From Obrimoposthia wandeli (lineage: Eukaryota): 64,000 bases of DNA. Both the position numbers and the translations under genes were made by a program. The stretch covers positions 124,001-188,000 of the forward strand of contig CDROCS010001100.1 in NCBI GenBank assembly GCA_977020255.1, written 5' to 3'. Below, piece by piece: positions 60,838 through 64,000 of the stretch. The notes beneath the pieces were generated by a model. That model saw only the letters and a list, made by a program, of their open reading frames with translations, had not been told where the DNA came from and made no database searches. Every line of letters begins with the position of its first letter. The stretch's first letter is position 1.

Positions 60838-61053
60838 AGAAGGGTGGAGACTAGATCAATTGACCCTTCCCCCCTCCCCCTATCTTAACCTTTCTGAGCC
60901 AGACCCTTATGGTGTGGCAAGACACCCGTATGGTGAGTCAACATATACCTTTATGGTGTGACATTTCTATGGTGTGACACCCTTATGTTGTAAAATCCTT
61001 TAACATTGTGTGCGCACAAGGGGGGGGTCAAGTGATCTAGACTCCATCCTTCT
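60838..61053. mobile_element. Small foldback element with internal CACCCTTATGGTGTG repeats
   Basis: GAAGGGTGGAGACTAGATCAATTGACCC and its imperfect reverse complement at 61020-61053; no clear TSD. Confidence 0.45.
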
Positions 61054-62919
61054 ACCTACTGGTGTTGCTTTTAATAAGAGATTGCCCTCAGCGTCACGGA
61101 CTGTTATCTGACAGCCGGCTGCAGTGGTGGAGAAATATCGCCAGGACGACAAAAGGAAATGCGAAGGGGGAGGCACGACAACAGTGAGAGAGTTAGAAGG
61201 GAAGTTTCCGCGAGGGAAAGAAAAACTGCAGACGTGGCAGTAGCGTGACATCAGCGCTGTTATTGTTTCCTGAGCGCACTAAATGAGATACAACAGGGAG
61301 GAAGCGTCAGTGGTGAAAGAGAGACTGCGACCAGCCGTGCATCAGTTGTTGTTGCTTCTGATAAAGGAAAATAGGGAGTGATGCTGAGGAAGAGATTGAA
61401 TTAATCCTGAGCCGCCTTCCCGATGAGCCCACGACAGGGCCAAATGGGGTTTTCCACGGCAGAGGCTGAAATCAATTTACCTCCCAGATTGAGGGCATTG
61501 CTGTTTTAATTAATTTTTGTAATAATAGAAAACACAACATTATTATGTTATGCAAAAATACTGATGATGGCAAACTAATTAAACAATTTTCAAATGATAA
61601 TGTTTAAAAAACCAAACTTAGGTAACAGTTGATTTTGTTGTATTCGAATCCAAATTAAATTCAGTTTAGCTATATCATATTTTACATTGTACATTTGAAT
61701 TATAAAATTTTCAACAAAAAAATAACAAAGTTTCAACTGCCTAATTTTATGACTAGTCTTTCATTCAGGGTTATCAATTTTTAAAAATGCTCTACCAACT
61801 GTTTTTACGTTGAGTTTATACATGTAAAACTACTAATATGTATGTACTAAGTACTTATTTAAACTTTATATTTTCAATACAATTATATTATTTGCATAAT
61901 ATTAGATTTTTTGATATTGATTCTTAAATTTGTTGTTTAAAATAGTTTGTTTGAAAAGCTTTAAAGCACTAGTGACTCAAATAAAACTAAATTTTAACTT
62001 TTATTGCATCGTTGTTAGACAAACGACTTTCTTGCGGAACTGTACATCACGATGCCAGACGCCTGGCATATCTGTTTGTATTTAATGTTTTGACTTCATG
62101 CAACCTCACTGGATATTTTTGATTAAAGCCGTTTGAAATCTTGAAAACACCACTGCAGTAAATTGATGCTATTTAATGTTGGCTGTCCTAATTTCTGGAA
62201 AGTTCAACTAAAAATAAACTTAGCTTAAATATATTGCATTGTGTATTAAGTATCCACTGCGTTTATAAAAATAGTATATTTACTTAAACATTAATTTTAG
62301 TAGTATTTAAATGATGATTTTACACATTTTGTAGATTAAATTTTTCACAACATTAATAAAAAATATTAAAGTAATTAAAAAAAGATATAGAAGGTAATAT
62401 TATTAACTATCCTCGGAACTATCTGATTCAAAATCATGTTTCAGTAACGCTGTGATAAGAAAAACTTATTAACTACTACGTTAACATAGATACATAAACA
62501 AAATATAGTAATTAATAAAATATAATACAAAACTCACATTCCAATAATATAATTTCTAAATAAATAATAAAATAATGGAGGTAAAACCCCTTCTAATGTT
62601 TACTGAAAATAAAAATTATGCAATTATACTAATTTTCACATTAAAAGTATAATTGTTAACTCAGACAAGTCTATATTGTAACAACTCTGTACAGAACAAT
62701 TCATCTAATGTCAAAATGTATTTGTTTATAGACAATGTACTTCTCCTAATTGTTACATAAATGAAAGTGGTTAGACACTTGACACTTTGACTTTGATATC
62801 GGAAAATTTTCAAATTAAACCAATCAGAGTAACAAACGTGTTAAGACGTGTCCAATAATCTTTATAAATTGAGTTGTTAATTGTAGACAGATTAGTTTGT
62901 TTAAACGAGACAATTAAAA

Positions 62920-63886
62920 ATGACGGAAATTGAGTTTACAAGGGTAATTTTTTAGTTTTGTAAATTGTTCTGATTTAGTTCTGAAGATATTTTACAACAA
63001 TGAATGGCATAACAGTATTGATGGCTCTACATTTACTACCATCAATCCCGCAAATGAAAAAGTGATAGCTCATGTTCAAGAAGGCAAAGAGCAGGATATT
63101 GATAAGGCAGTGGAAGCTGCTAAGCAGGCATTTAAGTTTGGATCAGTTTGGCGAACCACAGACGCGTCAGCTCGGGGAAGAATGCTGCTAAAGTTAGCTA
63201 ATTTGATTGAAGAGAAGGTGGAATGCATTGCCAAAGTCGAGGCTCTAGACAATGGTAAAACGGTTGCAAGCGCAACTGGTGACATTCATTTTTCTGTGAA
63301 AATGTTGCACTACTATGCGGGCTATGCTGACAAAATTATGGGTGTAACATCAGCACCAGACGGCGATTTTGTGTCCTACACGCGGATTGAGCCGGTTGGC
63401 GTAGTTGGCGCCATCATTCCTTGGAATTATCCATTTGCTCTGTCTGTTCTGAAGGTTGCCCCGGCTATCGCAGCAGGCTGCACTGTTGTTCTGAAGCCAG
63501 CCGAACAGACTCCGCTGTCCATCCTGATTCTGGCTGACTTGGTCATCAAAGCAGGTTAGTGCCGTTATGCTGGCGCTGTAACCTCCATCTCACGGAGAGA
63601 TAGCCAACTCAGAGCGTATTCTCAGCGGCAAATGGACGCAGTTGTAGTGACTCTGTCTCTCTTGCGACAGGATTCCCTCCCGGAGTGGTGAATGTGGTGC
63701 CCGGCTACGGTCCCACCGCGGGCGCGGCTCTGGCGCGTCACCCCGACGTGAACAAGGTCGCCTTCACAGGCAGCACCGAAGTGGGCCACCTGATCATGCA
63801 GTACGCGGGACAGAGCAACCTGAAGAGAATCACGCTGGAGCTCGGTGGCAAATCCCCTCTCATCGTGTTTGCGGACGCCCACGACT
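62920..63886 (+). CDS. Aldehyde dehydrogenase (ALDH1/ALDH2 family), first three exons; continues beyond the window
   Basis: Exons 62920-62943, 62987-63554, 63671-63886: [16 protein letters not shown]...IIPWNYP...KPAEQTP...[14 protein letters not shown]...AFTGST...LELGGKSP. Confidence 0.95.
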
Positions 63887-64000
63887 GTGAGTGCTGTCGA
63901 CACCGGCCCAATTGGCAGGGCCCATTCCCCGAGAACTTTGCAACCTCTAAAACTATTCTGAACGAGAAATTAAACTTCTATCGGAACAAATAAGCCGAAT

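Overview
AT-rich eukaryotic (invertebrate-like) genomic DNA with GC-richer exons and ~40-nt minimal GT-AG introns; no prokaryotic features. A + strand leishmanolysin/invadolysin-like (M8) metalloprotease gene can be rebuilt from 13 phase-compatible exons (10280-55214, 576 aa, plus a tentative exon at 1802-1886). The first three exons of an ALDH1/2-family gene start at 62920. The 19.4-kb intron after the HEXXH exon holds a fully delimited Polinton/Maverick (adintovirus-like) element (17928-33570, TSD TTTGTT, 5'-AG...CT-3' TIRs). It encodes pPolB, integrase, major and minor capsid proteins, an adenain-like protease and core proteins. Its unusual features are: a spliced two-repeat TBP-like gene; a ubiquitin-like domain ending in LRGG just upstream of the vOTU-containing pPolB; a BIR/packaging-ATPase chimera; three intron-containing genes; ~170-bp palindromes at both termini; and a ~57-nt structured motif found in both TIRs and once internally, always just downstream of a gene. 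Its frameshifts fall in or beside homopolymer runs. The remaining introns hold decayed L2/CR1, RLE-LINE, Gypsy, Tc1/mariner and Transib/RAG-like fragments, several MITEs and two strand-asymmetric satellites. All protein assignments come from manual motif recognition; no database search was run.
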